The translations under genes and the position numbers were made by a program. Positions 26,621-37,400 of a stretch of 64,000 nt of DNA are shown here, piece after piece; the stretch's first letter is position 1; the number at the start of each line of letters is the position of its first letter. The notes under the pieces were generated by a model. It searched no databases. It saw only the letters and a program-made list of their open reading frames with translations, and was not told where the DNA came from. Where the stretch lies: assembly GCA_963842085.1 (NCBI GenBank), contig CAWJET010000001.1, positions 1,760,001-1,824,000 of the forward strand, given 5' to 3'. Source of the DNA: an uncultured delta proteobacterium. Its GTDB lineage: Bacteria; Desulfobacterota; Binatia; Binatales; Binataceae.

Positions 26621-29614
26621 TCAAGTTCCGCTCGCTTGCGCGGCGGCGAAATAACGCTCGAAGATTGCGCGGATTCGATCGCGGCGCTCGGACAGCTCGG
26701 CGAGCATTCGCGCGGCACCGTCTGCGCCTTCGAATCCCATCCGGCGGGCTAGCGGGCGCAGACCCGTCACGGAGGTCGGGATTGCCCAAGCGGGCTGATC
26801 GCTCTCGATGCGGAGCCGATTTTCCAGCCGCGCCAAAAACCGGTAGTCGTCTTCGAGAGCGTCCGCGTCGGCGGGCGCCAGCAGATTTAGGCTGCCGAGC
26901 GCCTCGAGCAATCCGATCGTGTCGCGCACGCGCAGCTCCGGATGGCGATGGCCGTGAGACAGCGCCATCATCTGCGCCAGGAACTCGACATCCACCAGAC
27001 CGCCGTGACCCTGCTTGATGTTGAGCCGGGTCTTGTCCTCGGCGCCGATTTCCATCTCCATCCGGTGGCGCATCGCGGCGATTTCGCCGACCTCGGCCGC
27101 CGTCAGTCCGCGGCCGTACACGAATTCCTGGCGCGCCGCTTCGACTTCGCGGCCCAGTTCGCGGTCGCCGGTTATCACGCGCGCGCGCACCAGCGCCTGG
27201 CGCTCCCAGACCGCCGAACTTTGCCGATGATAGTCGCGAAAGCCCGCGAGCGACGTAACCAGCGGACCCGCGTTGCCTGACGGCCGCAGGCGCAGATCGA
27301 GCTTATAGGCGTAACCTTCGCGCGTGCGCGATTCGAGGATCGCGATCAACTTCTGAGTTATTCTTGATGCAATTTCGCGGCTGCCGGCGGCGACTTCCGC
27401 GCGATCGTCATAGACAAAGATCAAGTCGAGGTCGGAGTTGTATGACATTTCACCGGCGCCGAGCCGGCCCATCGCAATCGCGCACAGCCGCATCGTGGCC
27501 GGAATCGCGAAGCGAGCCTCGGTCTGGATTCGCGCGAGCGCCATCGCCTCGTCCAGCACTGTTTCGGCCAGCGTCGTGAGCTCGCGTTCGACGTCGAACA
27601 GTTCAAGGTCCCCGGCCAGGTCGGCGATTGCGATGCGCAAAAACTCCTGATGGCGAAACGTGCGGAGCGCGTCGAGCTTGCTCTCGAAATCGGGACTCGC
27701 GGCGATCAATCCCGCCAGCTCGTCGCGGAGTTCAGCCGGACTGCGCCGCGTCGCCGCGAGGTCGGAGCGCACGAGCGTATCGAGCATGTCGGGATGGCGG
27801 ATGAAGATGGTCGAGAGGTAGGCGCTCGAGGCGAACAGCCGCAGCAGGATGCGCCGGGTTGCGGGATGCTGCTCGAGCAGCGCCAGGAACGAGGTCCGCG
27901 CGCCGATCGCAGCGATGAGCTCGGCCAGGTTCATCAGCGCGAGATCGGGATCAGGCAGCCTGCCTATCTCATCGATCAGCATCGGGCCCAGGCGTTCGAG
28001 CAGCTCGCGACGGCGCGGGCTGGTCGGCGCATGCGAGGGTCCGCGCGCGAGCAGCTCGAGATGGCGCGCGCTTTGGTCGGCGCGGGCAAAGCCGAGCTCG
28101 CGCAGGTAGCGGGTCGAGGAGTCCGGGTCGAGGGCGGAGTTCCACGCCAGCTCCGCCGCGGAGGACACAGAACGGGTCGATTCTTCGTCGCCGCCGGCGA
28201 GAGTCTCGCGGAATTGCAGCTCGATCAGCGCGCGATGCGACTTCAATTTCTCGCTGAATTTCTCGAGTGAGCCCGCGCGCTTGCCAAATCCCAGCCGCGC
28301 GGCAAGCGCGCGCATCCCGTCCTGGTCGGCGGGCAGCACATGGGTCTGCAGGCCGGCGACGATTTGCAGCTTGTGTTCGACGTCGCGCAGGAACAGGTAC
28401 GCGTCGGAAAGTTCACGCGCGCGTTTCGACGGCAGGTAGCCGAGCGAATCGAGCTTGTCGAGCGCGGCGACAGTCTGCTCGACTCGAAGCCGGGGGTCGC
28501 GTCCACCGTAGATCAGCGTGAGCGCCTGCACGATGAATTCGAGCTCGCGGATCCCGCCGCGGCCGAGCTTGATGTTGCGCTCGACCATCGCGGGCGTTTT
28601 CAGTTCCGCCTCGATCTGATGCTTCATCGCGCGCAACTGGCGCAACGTGTCGAAATCGAGGTAGCTGCGAAACACAAAGTGATTCAGCTCGGCGCGCAGT
28701 TGATGGCCGATCTCGAGCGCGCCAGCGACCGGCCGTGCGCGCAGCAGCGCGGCGCGCTCCCACGTCTCGCCAAGATTCTCGTAGTAGTTGATCGCGCCTT
28801 CAATCGGCGTAACCAGCGGCGCGAAACGGCCGCCGGGCCGCAGGCGCAGATCGATTCGAAAGCATCGTGCCGACAAAATTTCGGTAAACCACTCGCCCAG
28901 GCGCGCCGCCGCTTCGGAACTATCCGGCGAGCCCGAGGACGCGTGAAGATAAACCAAATCGACGTCCGAGCTAAGGTTCAGTTCGCGCGCCCCAAGCTTG
29001 CCCATCGCCAGGATGCAGAATCGCCCAATCTCGCCCGCGCGTTCGCCCAGGAACCGAGTCGCAAGTTCGAGCGCGGTGCGAACGCATTCGTCGGCCAGCT
29101 CCGACATCGCGAGCGCCGTCTCGCCGACACTGATCCGGTCGAGCAGATCGGCAATCGCCACCTGGACCATCGTGCGGCGCATGAAACGCCCGAGCACCGC
29201 GGCCGCGGTCTGCCGGTCCGGCGCGTCGATCGCGGCGCGTTCCGTTCGCATTGCGGCGACCAGCCCGTCGATAGTCTGGGCGCGCGCGTCGAGAAAAATT
29301 TTCGCCCAATCCGCGCCGGCCAAGGACAACTCGGTCGCGATCAGCTCCGATGAACCGAGGCAAAAAATCAGGTCGCCGCCCGCGGCGCGATCGCGCAGCA
29401 CCTCCTTCAACGCGGCGGCGGAAATCTCGGCAAGCTTGGTTAGAAACGCGAGCGCCAATTGGTCGTCCGGCGCGCGATCCTTGACCGCGGCGAGCGCACT
29501 ATTCGCCAGGCGATCGTTGGCCAGGCGGTCCCTCAACCGATCGGCGAGGACGGTGTGCTGCGACGATTGCGCGGCCTTGCGTGGCATCAGGTTAACGATA
29601 ACAGACGCAGCCAT
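26621..29614 (-). CDS. glnE: Bifunctional glutamine synthetase adenylyltransferase/deadenylase
   Basis: Two NTase domains: MGKLGARELNLSSDVDL and MGRLGAGEMSYNSDLDL; DLRLRP twice; start probably 29614 or 29587. Confidence 0.95.
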   Translation of the reverse strand: MAASVIVNLMPRKAAQSSQHTVLADRLRDRLANDRLANSALAAVKDRAPDDQLALAFLTKLAEISAAALKEVLRDRAAGGDLIFCLGSSELIATELSLAGADWAKIFLDARAQTIDGLVAAMRTERAAIDAPDRQTAAAVLGRFMRRTMVQVAIADLLDRISVGETALAMSELADECVRTALELATRFLGERAGEIGRFCILAMGKLGARELNLSSDVDLVYLHASSGSPDSSEAAARLGEWFTEILSARCFRIDLRLRPGGRFAPLVTPIEGAINYYENLGETWERAALLRARPVAGALEIGHQLRAELNHFVFRSYLDFDTLRQLRAMKHQIEAELKTPAMVERNIKLGRGGIRELEFIVQALTLIYGGRDPRLRVEQTVAALDKLDSLGYLPSKRARELSDAYLFLRDVEHKLQIVAGLQTHVLPADQDGMRALAARLGFGKRAGSLEKFSEKLKSHRALIELQFRETLAGGDEESTRSVSSAAELAWNSALDPDSSTRYLRELGFARADQSARHLELLARGPSHAPTSPRRRELLERLGPMLIDEIGRLPDPDLALMNLAELIAAIGARTSFLALLEQHPATRRILLRLFASSAYLSTIFIRHPDMLDTLVRSDLAATRRSPAELRDELAGLIAASPDFESKLDALRTFRHQEFLRIAIADLAGDLELFDVERELTTLAETVLDEAMALARIQTEARFAIPATMRLCAIAMGRLGAGEMSYNSDLDLIFVYDDRAEVAAGSREIASRITQKLIAILESRTREGYAYKLDLRLRPSGNAGPLVTSLAGFRDYHRQSSAVWERQALVRARVITGDRELGREVEAARQEFVYGRGLTAAEVGEIAAMRHRMEMEIGAEDKTRLNIKQGHGGLVDVEFLAQMMALSHGHRHPELRVRDTIGLLEALGSLNLLAPADADALEDDYRFLARLENRLRIESDQPAWAIPTSVTGLRPLARRMGFEGADGAARMLAELSERRDRIRAIFERYFAAAQASGT

Positions 29615-29698
29615 GCGCGCGCCGCAAGTTTGCGATGGCCCAGTTCGCGCCGCCGATGTTAAAATCCGGGCGTCAAAATCCACCGAAGGAGTCACGCC

Positions 29699-30373
29699 GT
29701 GATCGTTCTCTATACCACCGAACGCGATTATCCGTGGGGCACGTTGCGCTCGACGCACGCCTGCAAGACCAAGGTCGTCCTCGAAGAGAAAAACATCCCG
29801 TACCGGATCGAGAACCTGCCGCCGGGAAATCTCTGGAAGAAACCGCCCGAGATGCTCGCGAAGCATCCGCTCGGCAAGGTGCCCTATATTGAGGATGGCG
29901 AGCTGGTGATTTTCGACTCGACGGTAATCGACGAGTACCTCGAGGAGCGCTACGGGCCGCCGCGCCTGATGCCGTCGGATCCGAAGCAGCGGATGCGCGT
30001 GCGCGAGATCGAGAATTTCGCCGACGAGGCGATGTTGATCGGCAGCGTGCCGCTTATCTGGCCGCCCTACTGGAGCCCGCCAGAAAAGCGCGATGCCGCA
30101 AGCATGGAGCGAGGGCGCGAGATGCTACGAACACGCGACCTGCCGTTCATCGAGCGCGTGCTCGGGCAGGCTGGCGCCGGCGGTTACGTGTGCGGAGAAT
30201 TTTCGCTGGCTGACGTGCCGCTGATGGCGCTGGCGATGGTGCTCGACGTTGACGCGATGAAGCTCGATGCGTTCCCACGAGTCGACAAGTATCTCAAGCG
30301 GCTGCGCGAGCGCCCGAGCTATCGCGCTATCAGCCCGCACACGAAGGTGGCCGAAGCAAGCTCGCGCGCCTGA
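29699..30373 (+). CDS. Glutathione S-transferase family protein
   Basis: HPLGKVPYI, IFDSTVIDEYLEE, FSLADV; GTG start after AAGGAG. Confidence 0.9.
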   Translation: MIVLYTTERDYPWGTLRSTHACKTKVVLEEKNIPYRIENLPPGNLWKKPPEMLAKHPLGKVPYIEDGELVIFDSTVIDEYLEERYGPPRLMPSDPKQRMRVREIENFADEAMLIGSVPLIWPPYWSPPEKRDAASMERGREMLRTRDLPFIERVLGQAGAGGYVCGEFSLADVPLMALAMVLDVDAMKLDAFPRVDKYLKRLRERPSYRAISPHTKVAEASSRA

Positions 30374-30385
30374 CCCCGCGCAAGA

Positions 30386-31519
30386 TCAGGTATTCTGCGC
30401 GACAGTCCTTTTCGAGTGATGGGTCTTCGAGGAAGCGTGGTGATGTGACGCGTGCGACCTCCGCGAGCGTTTCGGCGGCGCGAAGTCGGTCTTGATCGGC
30501 GCGGGCCGAATGGCAGGCTCGTCCTCGATGCCCGGGAAGTACTTGTCCTCGTTGCGATGTACCTGCAAGGCGGCCAGGAACTCCGCGTAGTAATTCTTCA
30601 CGGCGAAGCCGAAATGCGGTCCCTGGTAATGCTCGACCATTTCCGAGTAGTCGCCGCCGTAAATTCCGGCCGCGCGTGCGATTCCGCCGGTGCCGTAGTT
30701 GTATGCCGTGATCGCCAGCGGCCAATCGCCGAGCGTCTCGTAGTTCGACCGCAGCAGCTTGGCGGCAGCTTGGGTCTCGCGCACCGGATTCAGGCGATCG
30801 TCGTGATAGCGCGTGATTCTCATGTAGTGCTTGCCGGTATCGCGCGTGAACTGCCAGATCCCGACCGCGCCCGCGCTCGAGCGCGAAGCGCCGTGGAAGC
30901 CCGACTCGACGTGCGCCAGAGTCACCAACTCGGGCGGGAGCCCCGCGCTGCGGAAAATCCGCTCCATCGTCGGCATATAGTAACGGCTGCGCAACAGCCC
31001 GTCGTGAAATTGTTCGCGCAGCCCTTCCTGCACGCGCAAGTTCTGCGCCGCGGCGGCGCAGGCGCTCGGCGGCTCGCCCTTGAACATCGCGGCGATTTGA
31101 CGCTCTTCGTCGTCGGCCGGTTCGCGTCCCGCAGCGAGGCGATTGAGGATATCGCCATATTTTATCTTGAGGTAGTCGTTCGCCCAGTCGATGTCGCTGC
31201 GGGTCGGCTGGCCGTCACCCGGAAGATGGAACACGCGGTAGATGCGGGACACGTCGTCGCGATCGACGACCACGAAGTCGCGTTCTGAGTACTTTGTAAA
31301 AACATTGACCCAGAAATCGACATTAGGCTCGATCGAAGCCGGGTGCGGGAACGGAAGCTTGGTTTCCGACGACGCGTTGGGCGGGGCCGCAATGCCGAAA
31401 ACAATCGCGAGCGTTAACGCCGCGACTGCCTTTACGATTCGGCTCGCTGCCAGCTTCGTTCCGAGCAAAATCTTCTCCCCGCGCTCGAGCCCCCATTCGA
31501 GCGCCCTTCCCGGCCACAA
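30386..31519 (-). CDS. Lytic transglycosylase (MltD-like SLT domain)
   Basis: LAHVESGF, SSAGAVGIWQF, GDWPLAITAYNYG; start uncertain. Confidence 0.9.
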   Translation of the reverse strand: MWPGRALEWGLERGEKILLGTKLAASRIVKAVAALTLAIVFGIAAPPNASSETKLPFPHPASIEPNVDFWVNVFTKYSERDFVVVDRDDVSRIYRVFHLPGDGQPTRSDIDWANDYLKIKYGDILNRLAAGREPADDEERQIAAMFKGEPPSACAAAAQNLRVQEGLREQFHDGLLRSRYYMPTMERIFRSAGLPPELVTLAHVESGFHGASRSSAGAVGIWQFTRDTGKHYMRITRYHDDRLNPVRETQAAAKLLRSNYETLGDWPLAITAYNYGTGGIARAAGIYGGDYSEMVEHYQGPHFGFAVKNYYAEFLAALQVHRNEDKYFPGIEDEPAIRPAPIKTDFAPPKRSRRSHASHHHASSKTHHSKRTVAQNT

Positions 31520-31640
31520 GCTCCCCGCCGGAAAAGATACTCTATGAATTAGCTGCCATTGCTCCAGTAGTCAACGAATTCCATGCCTAGGCTTCAGGTG
31601 AAACTTGCGATCACCCGTTTAAGACGCTGGCGGGTGGTGC

Positions 31641-31684
31641 TTGACATCGCGGGTGCGCCGATGTAATTGAGAATCATTCTCAAT
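31641..31684 (+). promoter_or_regulatory. Promoter with Fur-type box
   Basis: TTGACA at 31641-31646; perfect 9-1-9 palindrome ATTGAGAAT-C-ATTCTCAAT at 31666-31684 overlapping the -10 region. Confidence 0.85.
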
Positions 31685-31698
31685 CTCAGGAGCGCCTC

Positions 31699-32055
31699 GT
31701 GACTCTCAAGACCATTTCTACCGCCTCAGCCATCGCAATCGCTTCACTCGCAGTCCTCGCCGTATGTGCATCGTCATCAGCGCGCGCCGCCGGCGATTCG
31801 TCGCAACTGCGCTTCCACGCCGGTGCCGTTGAGCCCACAAGTCTGACGCTGCCTGCCAACACTCCCGTCCAACTGCAGGTCACCAATGATGGCGATGCGG
31901 CCGTCGAGTTCGAGAGCTTCGAGCTGCACCGCGAGCGCGTCGTGCAACCGGGACAGACGATCACCGTGTACCTCCCGGCGCTACCGCCCGGCACCTATCC
32001 GTTCTTCGACGACTTCAGTCACGGCGCGGTCAAGGGCGAGATTGTCTCGCGCTGA
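31699..32055 (+). CDS. Periplasmic cupredoxin-domain protein (EfeO-N/FtrB-like)
   Basis: Signal peptide; EFESFELHRERVVQPG and PGTYPFFDDF motifs. Confidence 0.85.
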   Translation: MTLKTISTASAIAIASLAVLAVCASSSARAAGDSSQLRFHAGAVEPTSLTLPANTPVQLQVTNDGDAAVEFESFELHRERVVQPGQTITVYLPALPPGTYPFFDDFSHGAVKGEIVSR

Positions 32056-32083
32056 CGCTCCGACGGGTCGCCGCGCGTGCCGG

Positions 32084-32548
32084 GTGATCCTTTGGTCAAC
32101 AGCAATCGCGATGGTGACGGCACAGTTCGTCCGCATCGATCGTTCCAATCCCGCGGTGGACGGGGACTTGTCCGCGCCGCCGGTCGTCAAAAATGCCATT
32201 CAGCGCGCCTGTTACGATTGCCATTCGAACCAAACGCGGTGGCCGTGGTACAGCGCCGTGGCGCCGGTCTCCTGGTGGATTCAATACGAGGTCGATGAGG
32301 GGCGGAGGCGAATGAACTTCTCGTCATGGACCGACTACACGTCGGATCCCGGCACCGAGGATCAAAAGCTGGGCGAGGTCGCGCGACTGATTGCAAGCGA
32401 TGCGATGCCGCCGTGGTACTACCGCGCGATGCATCCAGGGGCGCATCTGACGCAAAGCGAGCGTGCCGCTATCACGCGCTGGATCGTCGACGAGAAGTCC
32501 TCGCACGCGTCGCCAGCCGGCGATCACTCCGAGCGTGGCGCGCGATGA
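32084..32548 (+). CDS. Haem-binding-domain monoheme cytochrome c
   Basis: RACYDCHSNQTRWPWYS..APVSW, MNFSSW, MPPWYYRAMHP; start GTG 32084 or ATG 32111. Confidence 0.85.
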   Translation: MILWSTAIAMVTAQFVRIDRSNPAVDGDLSAPPVVKNAIQRACYDCHSNQTRWPWYSAVAPVSWWIQYEVDEGRRRMNFSSWTDYTSDPGTEDQKLGEVARLIASDAMPPWYYRAMHPGAHLTQSERAAITRWIVDEKSSHASPAGDHSERGAR

Positions 32549-33351
32549 GTCTGCGGACGATCGTTCTCGCCGCGGCGCTCGTGCTGATCGCCGCAAACGC
32601 GTCCGCGCAAGTCGATCCTTTCGAGTTCGAGGTGTACCCGTATCAAACCGAAGGCAAGGGCATGGTCGAGCTGGAATCGCTCAACAGCTTCGTGCCGAAC
32701 GGTCATAACCATGGCGATGACGGCACGTCGGCCGGCGATTTCCCCAGCCAGGACATGTATCGCACGGCGTTCGAACTGACCTACGGCCTTACCGACCACG
32801 TCGAGGGCGCCGCCTACCTCAATCTCGCCCATCCCAACGCCGAGTCGTTTCAATACGCGGGCTCGAAGTTTCGCGTGCGGGGCAGCCTGTTCGAGCAGGG
32901 CGAGTTGCCGATCGATTTGGGCTGGTACCTCGAGATGGAATGGCATCGGACGCCGCAATTCGACGACAACCAGCTCGAACTCGAGCTGAAACCGATTATC
33001 GAGAAAGATTTCCGGAAGGTCGAAGTCGAACTCAATCCGATTTTCGAAAAGGGCGTTTTCGTCGGACCCAACAAGAACAAAGGATTCGAGTTCGGCTACG
33101 CCGCGGGGATCTACTACGACTACCTGCGCGAGATTTCGCCGGGCCTCGAGTTCTACGGCGCGCTCGGCCTGATCGACGACAACGACCCGCTGCACGCGCA
33201 GCAGCACTATATCTTCCCGGTGCTCAAGGGCGAGGTGCCGGGTGGAATCGAATACAACGTCGGTCCCGGCATCGGCCTCACGCGCGGCTCCGACCGGGTG
33301 CTGATCAAGTTCAATCTCGAGCTCGAGCACTTCGTCGGCTCGCTGTTCTAG
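32545..33351 (+). CDS. Secreted probable outer-membrane beta-barrel protein
   Basis: ATG overlaps upstream stop (ATGA); signal peptide ending ASA; alternating beta-strand pattern; C-terminal Phe. Confidence 0.7.
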   Translation: MSLRTIVLAAALVLIAANASAQVDPFEFEVYPYQTEGKGMVELESLNSFVPNGHNHGDDGTSAGDFPSQDMYRTAFELTYGLTDHVEGAAYLNLAHPNAESFQYAGSKFRVRGSLFEQGELPIDLGWYLEMEWHRTPQFDDNQLELELKPIIEKDFRKVEVELNPIFEKGVFVGPNKNKGFEFGYAAGIYYDYLREISPGLEFYGALGLIDDNDPLHAQQHYIFPVLKGEVPGGIEYNVGPGIGLTRGSDRVLIKFNLELEHFVGSLF

Positions 33352-34319
33352 GCTTTGCCTGCGAATGCGTATTGGTTAGTCGCGCGGATCAGTTCCCTGG
33401 TGATGCCCGCGTTGGAGGCGTCGTGTCCGGCGTCATCGACGATCGCAAGCTTGGCGCGCGGCCACACGCGCTTGAGGTCCCACGCCCAGCCGATCGGCGC
33501 CTGAAGGTCGAAGCGTCCATTCACCATGACGCCGGGAATGTCGGCAATCGCGCGTGCGCCGCGAAGGACGCTCCCGTCCTCGAGCCACGCGTCGTGCCGG
33601 ACGTAATGGGTCACGATGCGCGCGAACGCCATTGCATACGCGGGATCTCTGAACCGCGGCGACAGCCCATCAGCAGGCGGCCACGCTGGCGTCGCAGACT
33701 CCCACGTACACCATGCCAACGCGGCTCGATTGCGAATCGCGGGGTCGGGATCGTCCAGCAGCCGGCAGTAGGCATCGACGATATCGCCATCTCGCATAGC
33801 GGCGGGCACGGCATCGCGCAGACGCTCCCACTGCTCCGGGAATAGAATCGCTACGCCGCCGCGGAACAGCCAGTCGAACTCCATCCGGCGCCCCGTCGAG
33901 ACCCCAAACAAAATGATCTCCGTGACGCGATTCGGATAACGTTCCGCATAAGCGAGCGCCAGTATGCTGCCCCACGAACCGCCGAGTACCAGCCATCGCT
34001 CGATGCCCAGGTGCTGGCGGATTCGTTCGATATCCGCGACGAGGTTCAACGTGTGGTTACTCGCGAGATCCGTGTCAGGCGCGCTCGCATGCGGCGTGCT
34101 CCGTCCGCAATTGCGTTGATCGAACAGCACGACGCGATAGGCGTCCGGATCGAACAGCCTGCGATGCCACGGCGTGCATCCCGAGCCGGGACCGCCATGC
34201 AGGACGACGGCCGGCTTTCCGCGTGGATTGCCGCACGTCTCCCAGTACACGCGATTGCCGTCGCCAACCTCGAGCATGCCGTGCTCGTAAGGTTCGATCG
34301 CTGGATAAAGCTGCGTCAC
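33348..34319 (-). CDS. pip: Prolyl aminopeptidase
   Basis: LHGGPGSG, FDQRNCGRS, GGSWGS nucleophile motif, DAGH. Confidence 0.93.
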   Translation of the reverse strand: MTQLYPAIEPYEHGMLEVGDGNRVYWETCGNPRGKPAVVLHGGPGSGCTPWHRRLFDPDAYRVVLFDQRNCGRSTPHASAPDTDLASNHTLNLVADIERIRQHLGIERWLVLGGSWGSILALAYAERYPNRVTEIILFGVSTGRRMEFDWLFRGGVAILFPEQWERLRDAVPAAMRDGDIVDAYCRLLDDPDPAIRNRAALAWCTWESATPAWPPADGLSPRFRDPAYAMAFARIVTHYVRHDAWLEDGSVLRGARAIADIPGVMVNGRFDLQAPIGWAWDLKRVWPRAKLAIVDDAGHDASNAGITRELIRATNQYAFAGKA

Positions 34320-34422
34320 GCGGGTTCAGACTCGCACCTCGACGGCCCGATGTTCCAGTCTTTCAATTGTTCCGTCCAGTCGCGATACTTGGCCATCTGC
34401 TCCGGGGAAGGTCGGTCGCAAA

Positions 34423-37400
34423 ATGCATTGCGCGAAGTGCGGCATCGACAATGCCGCAGACGCCAGATTCTGCAATCAGTGCGCGACGCCACTCAGTCGG
34501 GCGTGTCCAAAATGCGCTCGTCTGAACGCGCCTGATGCGAAATTCTGCTCGCAATGTGCCGCCGTACTCGATGGGCAAGCCGCGGTTGGCTCGAACGTTT
34601 CGGTGCCGCCCCGGCCGCGCGGTGGTGTTCGCGTCGCGACGGAAGACTCTGACGCTCCTGCCCCGGCAGACGGAGAGCGCAAGACGGTCACCGCGCTGTT
34701 TGCCGACATCAAGGGCTCGACCGAGCTCGAGCAGGACCTCGATCCCGAAGAGGCGCGCGCAATTGTTGATCCCGCCCTCAAGCTGATGATCGACGCGGTG
34801 CAGCGCTACGACGGTTACGTCGTGCAGTCGACCGGCGACGGCATCTTCGCACTGTTCGGCGCGCCGGTTGCGCACGAGGACCATCCGCAGCGCGCACTGT
34901 ACGCCGCGCTGCGCCTGCAAGAAGAGCTGAAGCGTTACTCGGCTAGGTTGCGCGAGGCCGGCAACCTGCCACTCGAAGCGCGCGTCGGTGTGAACACTGG
35001 CGAGGTTGTCGTTCGTTCGATCACTACCGGCGCGGGCCACACCGAGTACACGCCAATCGGCCATACGGCCAATCTTGCCTCTCGGATGCAGGCGCTCGCG
35101 CCGACCGGCTCGATCGCCATCAGTGAGCAAACGCGCAAGTTCTGCGAAGGTTACTTCACGCTCAAACCGCTGGGTCCGACCAAGGTCAAGGGCGTTACCG
35201 AGCCCGTCAACGTTTACGAAGTAACGGGACTTGGACCCTGCGCACGCGGCTGCAACGCTCGGCGGGACGCGGTTTGTCGAAATTCGTGGGTCGGCAGGCC
35301 GAGATGGACATGCTCAAGCGCGCGGCCGAGCGGGCCAAGGAGGGACGCGGGCAGATCGTCGCGGCGATGGCGGAACCGGGAGTGGGCAAGTCACGGCTGT
35401 TTTTCGAGTTCAAGGCGACTTCGCAATCTGGATGGATGGTGCTCGAAGCCTTCTCAGTCTCGCACGGCAAGGCGTCGGCGTTCGTGCCGGTGATCGATCT
35501 GCTCTGGAGCTATTTCAGGATTACCTCCGATGACGACGAGCGCACGCGCCGCGAGAAGATCAACGGCAAGATCCTCACGCTCGACCGCTCGCTGGAGGAC
35601 GTGCTGCCATACTTGCACGCGCTGCTCGGTCTGAGTGAACAGAACAGTCCGCTCGCCGAGATCGAGCCGCAGACCCGCAAGCGCCGCTCGCTGGACGCGA
35701 TCAAGCGCATCCTGCTGCGCGAGAGTCTCAGCCAGCCGCTGATAGTGATCTTCGAGGACTTGCACTGGGTCGATGAAGAGTCGCAGGGATTTCTGAATCT
35801 GCTCGCCGACTCCATCGGCACCGCGCGCATCCTGATGCTGGTCAACTATCGACCCGAGTACCGCCATGAGTGGGGTCACAAGACCTACTACACGCAGTTG
35901 CGGCTCGACCCGCTCGGCAAAGAGAGCGCCGATGAGATGCTGAGCGCGCTGCTCGGCGAAAGCAAGGAACTGGCGCCGCTCAAGCGCCTGATCATAGAGC
36001 GCACCGAAGGCAACCCGTTCTTCATGGAAGAGACGGTGCAGGTGCTGCTCGACGAAGGGGTTCTGGTGCGCAACGGAACTACCAAACTCACCAAGCCGCT
36101 CGCACAACTGAAGATTCCGCCTACGGTGCAGGACATTCTCGCCTCGCGAATCGACCGGCTGGCGCCGGATCAGAAGGACCTGCTCCAGACCCTCTCGGTA
36201 ATTGGCACTGAGTTCAAACTCGGTCTGGTCCGTAAAGTGGTCGCGAAGCCGGGACCGGAGTTGGAGCCGATGCTCTCAGAACTCCAGCTGGGCGAGTTCA
36301 TCTACGAGCAGCCCGCGGTCGGCGACATCGAGTACACCTTCAAGCACGCGCTGACCCACGACGTCGCCTACCACTCGGTGCTGAACGAGCGCCGCCGAAT
36401 GCTGCACGGACGAATCGGCGCGGCGCTGGAGTCGATCTACGCCGACAGCCTCGACGACCACGTCGCCGAGTTGGCGCATCACTGCGCGCGCAGCGGCAAT
36501 CCGGGCAAGGCGGTGGAATATTGCCTGCGTGCCGTCCGGCAGTGCGCTCATCGAGGTTCATTTGCCGAAGCCGTCGCGCAGTTTGAGACCGCGCTCGAAT
36601 TACTGCAGAAGCTTCCCGATGACGACCGGCGCGCCGAGCTGGAACTGGACCTCAGAAACGCAGTGGGTGTGGCACTGTCCGTAATCAAGGGCTACGGCTC
36701 GCCCGAAGACAAGCAATCGTCCGCGCGCGCAGTAGAGCTTTGCCGGCGGCCCGAGGTCGACTGGGTAAAGAGATGGTCAGCACTTCGCATAGCATTTGTT
36801 CCCCGCGTGGGCGACCTGCGTGCGGGCGAAATAGCCGCCGAGCTGGTTGCCTTGGCTGAGGAGCACGGCGGCGCGGAACGTATTGCGGAAGCGGTGACCC
36901 TCTTGGCACAAAATAGAATGTTTTTGGGCGACTTCGAGCCAGCCGCCCAAGGCTACGACCGGGCGTGGGCGACGTGGGAATCCACAGGGAAACCGGCCTT
37001 GCGCGGCAACTGGATGGCGTCCCACTACCGCATGCAGTCGGCATACAACCTTTGGTTCCTGGGTTACCCTGACCGCGCAGTGGAGCGAGCAATTATTGCG
37101 ACCGCGAACGCCCAAGAATCCGGGTCGAAGCTTATCCTGTCAGAGGTACACTACTGGGCAGCCGCTCTTTATGAACTCCGCCGCGAAATGGACCATATGA
37201 CGGAGCGGGCAGAAACAGCGCTGGCAGCAGCGAGCGAAGTGGGCAATCGTGTTATTCGCAGTCTCAGCGAAATTTACCTCGGGTGGGCGGATGCGATAGC
37301 CGGTGATCTCGAGGGCGGCATCGCTCGGATGAGAGCTGGAGGAACCTCACGTCCCATCCTGATTGCCACCGCTCTGGGTCGGATGGGGCGGTTCGATGAA

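Noticed and set aside
29615-29866. N-terminal extension of glnE in the ORF track
   Set aside because: Overlaps the divergent GST gene and its promoter; downstream ATGs are more plausible
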